Shown: positions 1-10,580, counted from the stretch's first letter. The stretch: DNA of 64,000 nt from an uncultured Erysipelotrichaceae bacterium (GCA_902800355.1 CADCEE010000004.1:16175-80174); one strand, 5' to 3'. Notes: generated from the letters alone by a model not told the origin. Translations and numbers: made by a program.

Positions 1-707
1 AGGAAGCAGTTTTACAAATTCGAGATTTAAAGAAATATTATGGAAGTGGAGACTCTCAAGTTAAAGCCCTTGATGGCTTAACTTTTGATGTATATAAAGG
101 CGAAATGCTTGTCCTTCTTGGTAATTCTGGATGCGGAAAATCAACTTTATTGAATATTATTGGGGGAATGGACTCTCCTACTTCAGGCCAAGTAATGTTA
201 GGTGACACTGATATTACATCTTTTAAGGATAAAGAATTAACATCTTTCCGTAAGGAAAAGATTGGTTTTATCTTCCAATTCTATAATTTATTGCCTGACT
301 TAACAGCTTTAGAAAACGTTCGTTTATCAATCAAAGGTAAAGACAAAGAGCATTTAGCAGAAAAAACATTAGAATTAGTGGGTTTAGGGGAAGATAGAAT
401 GCACCACTACCCATCTCAACTTTCTGGAGGAGAACAACAAAGAGTATCTATCGCTAGAGCGTTAGTGAAAAAAGCAGACATCATTCTTTGTGATGAGCCT
501 ACTGGTGCTCTTGATGATAAAACTGGGCGCTTAATACTTGAGTTACTTCAAGATATCGTTAGAAAAGAAGGTCAGACTATGGTGATAGTCACTCACACTA
601 CTCCAATTGCCTCAATGGCTAATCGAGTTATTACTTTAAAAAATGGCAAGATTCAAAAAGAAAAAGTTAATGAGCATCCTATTGATGCTAAAGATATTGA
701 ATGGTAA
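1..707 (+). CDS. ABC transporter ATP-binding protein (MacB/LolD-like), 5' end outside window
   Basis: The frame stays open upstream of the listed ATG back to position 3 (EAVLQIRDLKKYYGSG...). Walker A GNSGCGKST, ABC signature LSGGEQQR, Walker B IILCDEPT. Confidence 0.9.
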   Translation, partial: EAVLQIRDLKKYYGSGDSQVKALDGLTFDVYKGEMLVLLGNSGCGKSTLLNIIGGMDSPTSGQVMLGDTDITSFKDKELTSFRKEKIGFIFQFYNLLPDLTALENVRLSIKGKDKEHLAEKTLELVGLGEDRMHHYPSQLSGGEQQRVSIARALVKKADIILCDEPTGALDDKTGRLILELLQDIVRKEGQTMVIVTHTTPIASMANRVITLKNGKIQKEKVNEHPIDAKDIEW

Positions 708-711
708 ATAG

Positions 712-3011
712 ATGAAACTGGCAAAAACATTTCTTTTCCCATATTTAAAAAGATTCTGGCTAATGCTACTTAGTGTGGTATTTGTCGGAGCTTTTGGAAG
801 TGGAATCCTTATAGGATTAAGAGATTCATATTTATCACTAGAAACCAACATTTGGAATTTAGTTGATGAATGTGGTTATCCAGATTTTTATTTACAAACT
901 GTTCCTGAAATTGCAACGTCTGATATTCCTTCAATTCCAGATAGTTATCTAAGAGAAAAGCTTGATATTAACAAAATAGAATATCGTGCATCTTATAACA
1001 CTACTTTTGAATTTAAAGGTAAATCCTATTCTTGTAGAGTGATTTCTTATGACCATCAAGGATTATTAAAACACCACTTAATTGATGGCAAATTCTCTTA
1101 TAGTGGACTAAGAATGGAATATTATTTCTCTAACGCCAATCATGTTGGAGTTAATGATAACATCACCATTAGAATGCACAATGGAAATGATGTCACTTTA
1201 AAAGTTGAATCAACTTTTGTCTCTGCAGAAACATCTGTGGTTAAGGCTGATCCATATTCTGTTAGTTCTTCTCGTGATTTTGCCTATTTATATTTACCAA
1301 AACATGTGTTTGATGCTCATGTAAAAGACAATAAGCCATTTGTTAACGAGATATTGGTTGATTATGTCGATGGAAAAGAAAAAACTACTGATGTAGAGAG
1401 CTTAAGGCTAATATCGCTTATGTCACTACTTACGATGAATCAGAAGTTATCACTCAATATAGAAATGCCTTGAGGGCAATTAATATGATTTCTTTAGCAG
1501 TTCCTATGGCTTTCTTTTTGGTAGTTTTAATTGTGACTTCATTATTCTTATTCCAAATTGTTAGACAATGTCGAAAAGATATCGGCATTATGAGAGCGTT
1601 AGGTGAAAAGAAACGAAGTATCGCTTTGATATATGTTTTATTAGCCCTAGCAATCGCTACTATTTCTTGGGTAATCGGAGTAGGAGTAGGAGTAGGAGTA
1701 ACCGCCATTGCAAATCATGCCTATGGCACAGCGATGAAATTATATCCTTTATCTTTAGATATTAATCCTGGATTAGTCTTTATTGCTCTAGGAGCAATGG
1801 TTTTTGTCTGTGTTGTTACCTCCTTACTTGCTTCTTTATCGATTTCCAAAATTAAACCAGTAGAAGCAATGAAGGCTCTTCCTCCGATGAATAACAACAC
1901 TCCTTACTTAGTAAGAACGGTCTTTAAAAACGCTCCAATTACTTTAAAGATATCTATTTCTCAAACTTTAAGAAATTTAAGAAGATACATTCTTTCTGGA
2001 ATTTGTTTACTCGCTAGCGGGATGATGGTGTTTTTTGCTATCTCTTTGCAGTTAGCAAAGACCACGATGGTTAGTCAATTATATGAGACTAGACTCAACT
2101 ATGATGTCCAAGTTTATTTTGATGTCGCTGCTAGTGATGAGTTAGATAGTTATTTTGATAATGATAATAACATCAAAGCTAAAACCTTAATTAAATATAT
2201 TCCTTCAGAAGTCACCTTTGGTGATAATGAAGAAGTAATATTAATTAATGGAGTAAAGTCTAATCAAGATTTATTACGTGTTGTTAGTGATTATGATGAG
2301 GTAATGTCTATACCAAGTGAAGGTATTATCTTATCTAATTATCACGCAGGATTATTAGGCTGCAAAGTTGGAGATATTATCGATATCAATGGTGTTGATA
2401 CCGAAGTAAAAGGTATCTCTAAACAGTTCCTCTATCAAGTTAGTTATATGAGTTATGACTCTGCTAGTAGCACTTCAGAAAGAGCGTCTTTGCTCGCCCA
2501 AGTTAAAGATGTAAATGCTTTCTTTGAAAAATATAAAGATTATGAACCAGTAACTTATATCTCATTTAACGAAGTAATTAAACAAGAATATAATGACCGA
2601 TTAATGGCTTTCACATATTCTAGCTATATCTTAAACGCTGTTTCGATTATTCTAGGCTTTATGATTGTTTTTAATATGATGCAAACTAACTTAAAAGAGC
2701 AAAAGAGAACCTTCGCCACTATTAGAACTTTGGGTTATCAAAGAAAAGAAATCTCAATGTCTAATTTATTTATGAGCTTAGTACAGTACGTCTTTGCAAT
2801 GGCTTTAGCGATACCACTAGGTATGGTTTTATCTAAATTATTGCTTAACGGCATTTCTATACCAAGTCAAGTATTCCCGTTCCCTAGATCAGTATTAATG
2901 TATTTATTAGCATTAGGCTTGGTTTTAGCTTTCTTATTAATCAGTCACTTCATCTCGATGAACAGCATGAAAAGATGGAATCTTCCAGAGGCTGTTAAAG
3001 AAAGAGAATAA
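712..3011 (+). pseudogene. FtsX/MacB-type ABC permease split into two ORFs (712-1473 and 1470-3011) by an apparent 1-nt frameshift near 1399-1409
   Basis: The N-terminal ORF has TM1 plus an extracytoplasmic domain. The second frame is open from 1392 and reads ...KANIAYVTTYDESEVITQYRNALRAINMISLAVP, running into FtsX-type TM bundles. The gene is adjacent to its ABC ATPase (4-nt gap). Confidence 0.7.
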
Positions 3012-3043
3012 GAAAAAGCACGTTAATTAACGTGCTATTTTTT
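3012..3043. terminator. Bidirectional rho-independent terminator between convergent genes
   Basis: Perfect 20-nt palindrome AGCACGTTAATTAACGTGCT (3017-3036), preceded by an A-run and followed by ATTTTTT. Confidence 0.8.
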
Positions 3044-4681
3044 ACCAGTCTTACGTAGTAATTGAGCGGTTTGTCTCGCTAACTTTTTATCAATAAACAA
3101 GGAAATCTTTTTTAAACATATTTCTCTTAATTTTACTTCATCAAGTTTCCCGTTCGCTGTGGTTGGAAACTTTTTCATATAAATGATATGTGAAGGTACT
3201 TTTATTGAAGGAAGAGTTTTTCTTAATTCATCTAGATAAGTTTTCTCCACAAAGTGAGGTGGTTTTTTACTTAGAGTCACCACCGCTAACATAAATTCTC
3301 CATCATCAATAGATGGGAAACCTAAAACTCTCACCCCAGTAAATAGAGGAATTTTTAATAATTCTTGTTCTATTTCTTTTGGAGAAATATTTTCTCCTTT
3401 TCTAATAATAATATCTTTAATTCTTCCATTAAGCACCAAATAGCCATCGCTATCAATATAGCCAACATCACCAGTATGTAAATAACCATCTTTATCAAAT
3501 GGCTGAAGTTCTTTATCTAACTTATAGTAGCCATTAAAAACGTTATATCCTTTAACAAGGATTTCTCCACTTTTTTCTTCAGAGATAATCTTTTTAGTAT
3601 TCACATCCATGATTTTAATTTCAATATCTTCCATTGGTGTACCCACTGTGGATTTTTGCTTCTCTTTAGGAGAATCAGGATAAACTAAAGAAATCATTGG
3701 AGAACATTCAGTTTGTCCATATCCGTTCATGAATTTGCCTTTACCGTATTTTTTCTCTAAGAAATTAAATTCTTGTTCAGAGGTAAATCCCCCTCCTACT
3801 ATACAGTGTTTAACAAACCTTGCTCTATGCCACCACCAAAATGGAGCTCTAGCGAGTTTATCATAGATAAAACTAACAGAAGCGTAATCTCCACACTTAT
3901 TTTTTAAGAATTCTTTATATAGTTGAGCTGGATTAGATAAGTCATTAATATAAACTGTTCTTTGATAGGCTAAATATGCATTAACCACTAATAAACCAAA
4001 ACAATGAAACATTGGAAGTAGACACATAAACTTTTGAGGAAAGACAGGGTCTAACTTATAGAAGTTATGATAAATAATATTAAGCATGCTAAATTGACTT
4101 AACATTGCGGCTTTTGGTTTAGAAGTAGTTCCTGTAGTAAAAACAATATAAGAAGTTCTTTTACTATCCTCTTCTCTAGAGAAGGCACTAGGCACTTCTT
4201 CAATATGCTTATGTCTTTGTAAGACATTTTTAAAATGTAAGTCCGCTTTTAAAAGTGATAATTCGTGGTCTATATCAATATCTATTTCATTTAATAAACG
4301 ATGAAATTCGCCTTTTTCTCTAGTGGCCGCTAGATAGCCTCCTGCCACTAAATATTTGCAGTCAGTAAATTTAATCGCCTCAACTAAAGGCTCATGTCGA
4401 GACATATAATTTAACAAAACCGCCACGGCTCCAACTTTAATAATCGCATAAAAGGCCACTACCCAACTATAGGAGTTCATCCCAAGTAAAGCGACATGAT
4501 CATTTGGTTTAATGCCTTTTTTAAGTAATTTAGCAGCAAAATAGTTAACGCTATCATTTAATTCTTTAAAAGTATAAGTAACACCTTTAAAAGAGATAGC
4601 GGGAATATTTTGTTTATCTTCGCTAACTTTATAAACATCTTCAAAAATGTAATTATCTATAGGCTTTTGACTAGCAGGCAT
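3035..4681 (-). CDS. AMP-dependent acyl-CoA synthetase/ligase (fatty-acid-CoA ligase-like)
   Basis: Adenylate-forming motifs FTTGTTSKPK, GYGQTE, TGDVGYID, GRIKDIIIRKGENISPKEIE. Confidence 0.85.
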   Translation of the reverse strand: MPASQKPIDNYIFEDVYKVSEDKQNIPAISFKGVTYTFKELNDSVNYFAAKLLKKGIKPNDHVALLGMNSYSWVVAFYAIIKVGAVAVLLNYMSRHEPLVEAIKFTDCKYLVAGGYLAATREKGEFHRLLNEIDIDIDHELSLLKADLHFKNVLQRHKHIEEVPSAFSREEDSKRTSYIVFTTGTTSKPKAAMLSQFSMLNIIYHNFYKLDPVFPQKFMCLLPMFHCFGLLVVNAYLAYQRTVYINDLSNPAQLYKEFLKNKCGDYASVSFIYDKLARAPFWWWHRARFVKHCIVGGGFTSEQEFNFLEKKYGKGKFMNGYGQTECSPMISLVYPDSPKEKQKSTVGTPMEDIEIKIMDVNTKKIISEEKSGEILVKGYNVFNGYYKLDKELQPFDKDGYLHTGDVGYIDSDGYLVLNGRIKDIIIRKGENISPKEIEQELLKIPLFTGVRVLGFPSIDDGEFMLAVVTLSKKPPHFVEKTYLDELRKTLPSIKVPSHIIYMKKFPTTANGKLDEVKLREICLKKISLFIDKKLARQTAQLLRKTGKK

Positions 4682-4683
4682 TA

Positions 4684-5844
4684 TTACGCCTCCACTACAT
4701 GCTTTTTGCTTTTTATTAAAGCAACAAGATAGTCAACTAATAAGAAAATAACTACTAAGATTGCGATAGTCATAAAAACATATAGATATGGTTGAAAGCC
4801 TCCAACCACAGTTTTTTGTTCTTTAAAAATTACGGTGTGAATAAAACTTAAGCAAATTGGATGCGCTAAATATACATAAGCAGAGTGTCTACCATACCAA
4901 TCTAATATATTAGAAACAACAGGTACCAAAGTAATTAATCTACTGACTTGATGAATCACATACGTTCCTAAAAAGCCAATTGCGAAGGCAAAGAAAACAT
5001 CAAATCCTTTTAAGAATCCGTTAAAGCTACCTCCAGGAAGCGAACCCACTAAAGTCTGTCCCCAGTGATAATAAGAGAATAAACCGATACCAATAATGAT
5101 TCCTTCTGCAACTAAAACATTTGCGACGTGAATTACCCATCCTTTTTTAGTTTCAGGTTTTTTATCCAAGAAATTAAACTGCTTCAAATAGGCTGCTAGT
5201 AACATCATTGCTAAAGCAACTGGATAGCACTGCACCGTATAAGGAAGATAAATTCCAACAAACTCACCTAAACAAAATGCGATAAGTAGTAACCCAATAA
5301 TTATAGAGATAATTCTAGATAACTTTTTAACCGCAAAATCTACAAGCAAGAAGAAGAAAATCGAACAAATATATAAAGCGTATAAGAACCATAATATTCC
5401 AAGCGCTAATTTGATATCAAAGCTAATTGGAACTAAGCCTTCATGGAAATTAACCATTATTGATAATGGTTCACTCATTAAAGACATCAAGATTCCATTT
5501 TTTAACTTTTCAAGCTCATCAGCAGTATTACTCGCAGATGGAAGTCTAATGGCAAAAATCAATAAAGTTGAAACCACAAAAGTAATTACTAATGGTATTA
5601 ATAATTGCAATGTCCTTCTTTTAATATTTTGGCCAATGCTTCTTTTTCCTGGTGTGTAGTTATATCCAGCGTAGAAAAAGAACACCATCATTAAAAATGG
5701 GAACATTACTAGTAAGACATTGAAACTAGATAAAACATCAGCGGAGTCATTGGCCACAAACATTAAAGCGTGGAAGAAGACTACAGATGTGATTAATAAA
5801 CACTTAACAATATTTTGTGCACTTGATTTAGTTTGAGTTTTCAT
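4684..5844 (-). CDS. Integral-membrane acyltransferase (acyltransferase-3/OatA-like family)
   Basis: About 10 predicted TM helices. The N-terminal segment IVKCLLITSVVFFHAL is typical of acyltransferase_3. A 2-nt gap separates it from the downstream acyl-CoA ligase. Confidence 0.6.
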   Translation of the reverse strand: MKTQTKSSAQNIVKCLLITSVVFFHALMFVANDSADVLSSFNVLLVMFPFLMMVFFFYAGYNYTPGKRSIGQNIKRRTLQLLIPLVITFVVSTLLIFAIRLPSASNTADELEKLKNGILMSLMSEPLSIMVNFHEGLVPISFDIKLALGILWFLYALYICSIFFFLLVDFAVKKLSRIISIIIGLLLIAFCLGEFVGIYLPYTVQCYPVALAMMLLAAYLKQFNFLDKKPETKKGWVIHVANVLVAEGIIIGIGLFSYYHWGQTLVGSLPGGSFNGFLKGFDVFFAFAIGFLGTYVIHQVSRLITLVPVVSNILDWYGRHSAYVYLAHPICLSFIHTVIFKEQKTVVGGFQPYLYVFMTIAILVVIFLLVDYLVALIKSKKHVVEA

Positions 5845-5867
5845 AATGATGTAATAATCTTTAATAA

Positions 5868-7394
5868 TTAGAACAAGGTTCTAAATGTTTCTAATAATAC
5901 TTTAGCCACTTTAGCGCCAAAAGACAATTTAAACTTATCATCAATTTCTTGAGAGACTTCAAAGATATGTTGGAAGTCATTATAAATGTCTTTAATGCAA
6001 TCGTTTTTATAAAGCACTGCTCCACATTCAAAATGGTGAGTTAAGCTTCTAAAGTCCATATTAATAGTGCCCACAAACGCCATATCATCATCGCTAACAA
6101 GCATCTTGGCGTGGATAAAGCCTGGAGTATATTCATAAGCTCTAACTCCAGCTTTTCTTAGTTCTTTATAAGAACTACGAGTTAAACAGAAGACAATCTT
6201 TTTATCTGGGATATGAGGTGTAATGACTCTTACATCCACCCCTCTCATTGCTGCGTTTTTAAGAGCTTGAGTAAAGTGATGATCAATAATTAAATAAGGG
6301 GTAGAAATATAGAAGTATTTCTTTGCTTGTCCCGCAATATTGATGAAGTTTTCTTCACCGATTTGTTCATAGTAGAGTGGTCTAGGACCATCGCCAAACG
6401 GACAGATAGTGCCAGGAGTATTAAATTTCTCTGGGTTTTTATTAAAATAAAACTCGAATTCAGGAATTTCTCTTTTAGCAATAATAAAGTCAGTAAAGAA
6501 TAACGCGGTTAAAGAGTTAACAGCGGTTCCTCTCATTCTTAAACCAGTATCTTTCCAATGACCTAATCTATCATTTTCGTTGATATATTCATCTCCTAGA
6601 TTAATGCCACCAGTAAATCCAATTAACCCGTCCACTACCATAATCTTACGGTGGGAGCGGTTATTATAAACAGCAGAGACAATTGGGGTAAATGGATTAA
6701 ATTTATGAGCGTCAATGCCTTCTTTTCTAAGCTTTTTATAATAGCCACTTTTTAGCATGGTCATTGTCCCTAAATCATCATAGACAAGATGGACTCTTAC
6801 GCCTTCTTTAGCTTTTCTAGCTAAAATTTCATGAATGGAATCCCACATATGACCTGGATCAACGATAAAATATTCCATTAAGATAAATTTCTTAGCAGAC
6901 TCTAAGGCCTCAAGCATATCTTTCCACATTAATTCCCCTACTGGGTAATATTTCACTTCGTTATTTTGTTGAGGTCCTAAACCAGAATTCTCTTTTAAAT
7001 ATCGGTCAATACCTTGTTTATCACCCATGTATTCATATGTTTTTTCAATGTCTTTATCGATATCATTTACGTAAGGAAGAAGTTCTTCATACGCTTTAGC
7101 GTATATCTTTCTCATTTTTCTAGAAGCTTTCACTCTAGAGAACATTAAATAGAATAAAACACCAAATAGAGGTAAGAATAAAATTAAAAATAACCATGGG
7201 ATTTTATATTCCGGATTTTCTTTACGGTTGACACAAACAAAGAAAACAATCACTCCAATAACCAAGCTAACTACTTGGAACCAAATAAGGTATTCAAGTA
7301 AATAAATAGTCACTAAAACTATCGCTGCAACTTGGGCTAAAAGTAAAAGTACACTGATTAGCCATTTAGAAAATACAAGTCTCAAGATTTTCAT
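5868..7394 (-). CDS. cls: Cardiolipin synthase (PLD superfamily)
   Basis: Two N-terminal TM helices and two HKD motifs: HRKIMVVDGLIGFTGGINLGDE and HAKMLVSDDDMAFVGTINMDFRS. Confidence 0.92.
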   Translation of the reverse strand: MKILRLVFSKWLISVLLLLAQVAAIVLVTIYLLEYLIWFQVVSLVIGVIVFFVCVNRKENPEYKIPWLFLILFLPLFGVLFYLMFSRVKASRKMRKIYAKAYEELLPYVNDIDKDIEKTYEYMGDKQGIDRYLKENSGLGPQQNNEVKYYPVGELMWKDMLEALESAKKFILMEYFIVDPGHMWDSIHEILARKAKEGVRVHLVYDDLGTMTMLKSGYYKKLRKEGIDAHKFNPFTPIVSAVYNNRSHRKIMVVDGLIGFTGGINLGDEYINENDRLGHWKDTGLRMRGTAVNSLTALFFTDFIIAKREIPEFEFYFNKNPEKFNTPGTICPFGDGPRPLYYEQIGEENFINIAGQAKKYFYISTPYLIIDHHFTQALKNAAMRGVDVRVITPHIPDKKIVFCLTRSSYKELRKAGVRAYEYTPGFIHAKMLVSDDDMAFVGTINMDFRSLTHHFECGAVLYKNDCIKDIYNDFQHIFEVSQEIDDKFKLSFGAKVAKVLLETFRTLF

Positions 7395-7446
7395 AAGATT
7401 ACCTCTAACTATTTTATTATTGTTAATTTTACCCCTTTAGCGCGCA

Positions 7447-7475
7447 TAAGAAAAGACCGCTTTTCAATAGCGGCC
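7447..7475 (-). terminator. Rho-independent terminator after the feo operon
   Basis: On the minus strand: GGCCGCT-attgaaa-AGCGGTC hairpin followed by TTTTCTTAT. Confidence 0.7.
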
Positions 7476-7482
7476 TTTAAGG

Positions 7483-7665
7483 TTATTTTTTGGAATATAG
7501 TTTTTTATATTCTTTTAATAGCTGTTCTTTATTTTTATGAACCATCCCACATTCACAAGTATGAATATGATGCTTCTTCTTATAGAGGTATCTTAAAAAG
7601 AGGCCTAAAAAGAAGATAAAGATACTAACACCAACAATTATTTCAAGCCAAGGGGATGTATTCAT
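7483..7665 (-). CDS. FeoB-associated Cys-rich small membrane protein
   Basis: 60 aa with one TM helix followed by HHIHTCECG. It lies immediately downstream of feoB (5-nt gap). Confidence 0.7.
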   Translation of the reverse strand: MNTSPWLEIIVGVSIFIFFLGLFLRYLYKKKHHIHTCECGMVHKNKEQLLKEYKKLYSKK

Positions 7666-7670
7666 AATAA

Positions 7671-10019
7671 TTAGGCTCCTACTACTGGATGAGCTTTGTT
7701 ATATCTTCTAATGAAGTAAATAGCAACCGCTGCTAAAACTGCTAAGCCAGCAAAGCTTGGGATCGCCCACATATAGCTAGTAGCATCAAACATACTTAAG
7801 AATAAGTAGATAGCACTACTTCCGACATAGCTAGTAACAATCCAGAAGAGTAATGTCCATTTAAATTTACCTTTAGGTAATTCAGCTTTAGCGGTCGCAC
7901 AAGCAGCAAAGCAAGGAATAGTTAACATATTAAAGGCGATAAAGGCAATACAACCTTGCCATGTGATACCGGTACCGGCAATCATCGCACTAGTTGAAGC
8001 CACATCTCCATCTTCAATAGATTCGATAATTGCTGCCATTTCTGGAGAGACAACAATAATCGCTGCTAAAGTGGCGAATGTTGCAATAACATCTTCTTTA
8101 GCGATAAGTCCAGCAATCGCAGCAACCGCAAAGACAAAGCCAAATTGATTGAGTTGTGAACCAAATCCAAGTGGGGTGAAAAGTGGTTGAATAAATTGAC
8201 CTAATCCCGCGATCATGGAATTAGAAATATCACCATCTAAATAGTGCCAGTTCCAACCAAAGTTAGATAAGAACCAGACGACGATTGTAGAAGCTAAAAT
8301 GATAGTAAATGCTTTCTTGACGAAGTGTTTTGCTTTATCCCATAAATGGATCATTAAACTTCTAAATTGAGGCCAGTGATATTCTGGTAACTCCATAATA
8401 AATGGAGCAGTCTCACCTCTAAGAGTGGTATGTCTCATAATTAAGACAGTGATAATGGCTGCGGCAATACCAACAGCGTACATGCTATAAGTAATAACGT
8501 CGACATTACCAGCGTGGAAGACTTGTAAAATACCTCCAGCGATAGCGACTAAGATAGGAAGTTTAGCTCCACAAGAGAAGAAAGGAATAACTCTGATTGT
8601 GGAGGTTCTTTCTTTATCATCGGCTAAGGTACGAGTATTAATCATCGCAGGTACACTACAACCAAAGCCCATGATCATTGGGATAAAGGCTCTACCTGAT
8701 AAACCAAATTTACGGAATATTCTATCTAGAATAAAGGCTACACGAGCCATATATCCTGTATCTTCCATAATGGAGAAGAATAAGAATAAGAATAAGATTT
8801 GAGGCAAGAACCCTAATACTGCAAATAGGCCGTTAAGGGCACCATCGCAAACAAAACCGGTAAACCAGTGTCCTTCTCCTAAGGCATTAATCATGCCACT
8901 ACGGATAACGCCCATACCAATTCCAGGGACATCATCACCAATTAAAGCGGAGAATGACATATCAAAGAAGTTAAATAGCATCACCCCCGGAGAATTAATT
9001 CCTTTATCAGTCCAGAACAAACCTTCATAGATTGTTCCTTCTAAAGAAGGAGCGATACCGTTATTTTCAAAAATCTTACCTAAATAGAATAAGTTTTCTG
9101 AGAACGTAAAGTGGAATACTAAGAATAAAATGACCGCAAAAATGATTAAACCAAAGACTTTATGAGTTAAGACTTTATCAATTCGATCAGATTTTGATTC
9201 TTTGTGTTTTTTATGTTTTTTATCTTCAACGATTTCCACTTCTTTTCTTTTCACTGCGTTATGGAAATTGTTAGAAATAAATTGATATCTACTATCAGCG
9301 ATAACTGCTTCAAAGTCATTGCCGAATGTTTCATCGTTAAATGTCTTTTTATAAGCTTCCACCATCGGGATCAAATCAGGATGCATTTCTGTTTCTAATT
9401 CATCTTTTTCCACTAACTTAATTGCATGGAAAAGTGGATTTTCAACTTTTTGACCTTCAAAGGCAATACGAACATCGCCAATGAGATGTAATAAATCTTT
9501 ATTAGAGATAATTGTTTTTCCTTCTCTAGGAGAATTAGAAGCTTCTAAGGCTCTAGACATTAATTCTTCTAAGTTATTCTCTTTTAAAGCGGAAATAGAA
9601 ACTACTGGGACACCTAATTTCTTTTCGATAGATTCAACATCAATTGAGTCACCGTTTTTAACAAGGACATCCATCATATTTAAAGCGACAATTACTGGAA
9701 CATTAATTTCTAATAATTGAGTAGTTAAATATAAGTTTCTTTCTAAGTTTGTGGCATCCACTATGTTAATCACACAATCAGGATGCTCATCTAAGATGTA
9801 ATTTCTAGAAATTACTTCTTCTGGAGTATATGGAGATAAAGAATAAATTCCTGGTAAATCGATAATAGAAATTGGTTCTTTAAGTTTCTTATAAACTCCG
9901 TCTTTCTTTTCTACTGTAACTCCAGGCCAGTTACCGACATGTGCGGTACTACCGGTTAAAGAGTTAAATAAAGTGGTTTTACCACAGTTAGGATTACCCG
10001 CTAACGCAAAACGTTTCAT
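7671..10019 (-). CDS. feoB: Ferrous iron transporter FeoB
   Basis: N-terminal G domain (GNPNCGKTTLFN, DLPGIYSL) followed by a polytopic membrane domain; 782 aa. Confidence 0.95.
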   Translation of the reverse strand: MKRFALAGNPNCGKTTLFNSLTGSTAHVGNWPGVTVEKKDGVYKKLKEPISIIDLPGIYSLSPYTPEEVISRNYILDEHPDCVINIVDATNLERNLYLTTQLLEINVPVIVALNMMDVLVKNGDSIDVESIEKKLGVPVVSISALKENNLEELMSRALEASNSPREGKTIISNKDLLHLIGDVRIAFEGQKVENPLFHAIKLVEKDELETEMHPDLIPMVEAYKKTFNDETFGNDFEAVIADSRYQFISNNFHNAVKRKEVEIVEDKKHKKHKESKSDRIDKVLTHKVFGLIIFAVILFLVFHFTFSENLFYLGKIFENNGIAPSLEGTIYEGLFWTDKGINSPGVMLFNFFDMSFSALIGDDVPGIGMGVIRSGMINALGEGHWFTGFVCDGALNGLFAVLGFLPQILFLFLFFSIMEDTGYMARVAFILDRIFRKFGLSGRAFIPMIMGFGCSVPAMINTRTLADDKERTSTIRVIPFFSCGAKLPILVAIAGGILQVFHAGNVDVITYSMYAVGIAAAIITVLIMRHTTLRGETAPFIMELPEYHWPQFRSLMIHLWDKAKHFVKKAFTIILASTIVVWFLSNFGWNWHYLDGDISNSMIAGLGQFIQPLFTPLGFGSQLNQFGFVFAVAAIAGLIAKEDVIATFATLAAIIVVSPEMAAIIESIEDGDVASTSAMIAGTGITWQGCIAFIAFNMLTIPCFAACATAKAELPKGKFKWTLLFWIVTSYVGSSAIYLFLSMFDATSYMWAIPSFAGLAVLAAVAIYFIRRYNKAHPVVGA

Positions 10020-10258
10020 TATTGGTCCTCCTTAACTTCTAATATGACGAGATGTGCTTCGCTTTTTCGAAGCGTTAATTCGTATCCTCTAATCGTCACT
10101 TCTAAAGGATCACCGAGTGGGGCTTTTTTACGGAGATACACTGTCGCTCCGGGAGTGACACCCATATCAAATAGTCTTCGGCGAATTCTACCTTCACCTT
10201 CCACCATTTTAATTAGGCCAGTCTCGCCTACTTGAAACTCATCTAGTTTTTTAAGCAT
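10019..10258 (-). CDS. feoA: FeoA family protein
   Basis: 79-aa SH3-like FeoA (RRLFDMGVTPGATV). Its stop overlaps the feoB start. Confidence 0.9.
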   Translation of the reverse strand: MLKKLDEFQVGETGLIKMVEGEGRIRRRLFDMGVTPGATVYLRKKAPLGDPLEVTIRGYELTLRKSEAHLVILEVKEDQ

Positions 10259-10272
10259 AAATTCCTTCCTTT

Positions 10273-10485
10273 CTACGCTACTAGAATTTTACTTGCTATA
10301 GAACGATCTAAAGCGAGTCTACCTTCTTTAACAGCGACCACTACGCCACCATTAACAGAAGAGATAACAATTAAAGAGGAATTGACCAAAATACCTAAAC
10401 TTTCTAAATGCTTTTTGGTTTTATCATCAGCAAGAACTCTAACAACTTTTAATTCTTGATTAATTGGTGCTAATGCAATTGGCAT
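10273..10485 (-). CDS. feoA: FeoA family protein (second copy)
   Basis: 70 aa, HLESLGILVNSSL pattern; first gene of the feo operon. AGGAGG SD upstream. Confidence 0.8.
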   Translation of the reverse strand: MPIALAPINQELKVVRVLADDKTKKHLESLGILVNSSLIVISSVNGGVVVAVKEGRLALDRSIASKILVA

Positions 10486-10504
10486 AATATATCCTCCTTA
10501 AAAT

Positions 10505-10522
10505 AGTTAGTTTCAACTAACC
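10505..10522. promoter_or_regulatory. Operator-like palindrome AGTTAG-N6-CTAAC, about 20 nt upstream of the feoA start
   Basis: AGTTAGtttcaaCTAACc, located between a candidate -10 and the SD of the feo operon. Confidence 0.5.
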
Positions 10523-10562
10523 GAATATATTATATACCTATAATTACGCAAGTAAAGAAAAA

Positions 10563-10580
10563 AGTTAGTATTAACTAACT
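10563..10580. promoter_or_regulatory. Second operator-like palindrome AGTTAG-N6-CTAACT upstream of the feo operon
   Basis: AGTTAGtattaaCTAACT (7-4-7 perfect inverted repeat). Confidence 0.5.

Noticed and set aside
3017-3036. Perfect 20-bp palindrome considered as a regulator binding site
   Set aside because: It is flanked by A- and T-runs between two convergent stop codons, so a bidirectional intrinsic terminator is the simpler explanation.
8779-8800. AAGAAT/AATAAG x3 tandem repeat
   Set aside because: It lies inside feoB and encodes the hydrophobic LFLFLFF TM segment. It is too short and codon-driven to be a meaningful repeat element.
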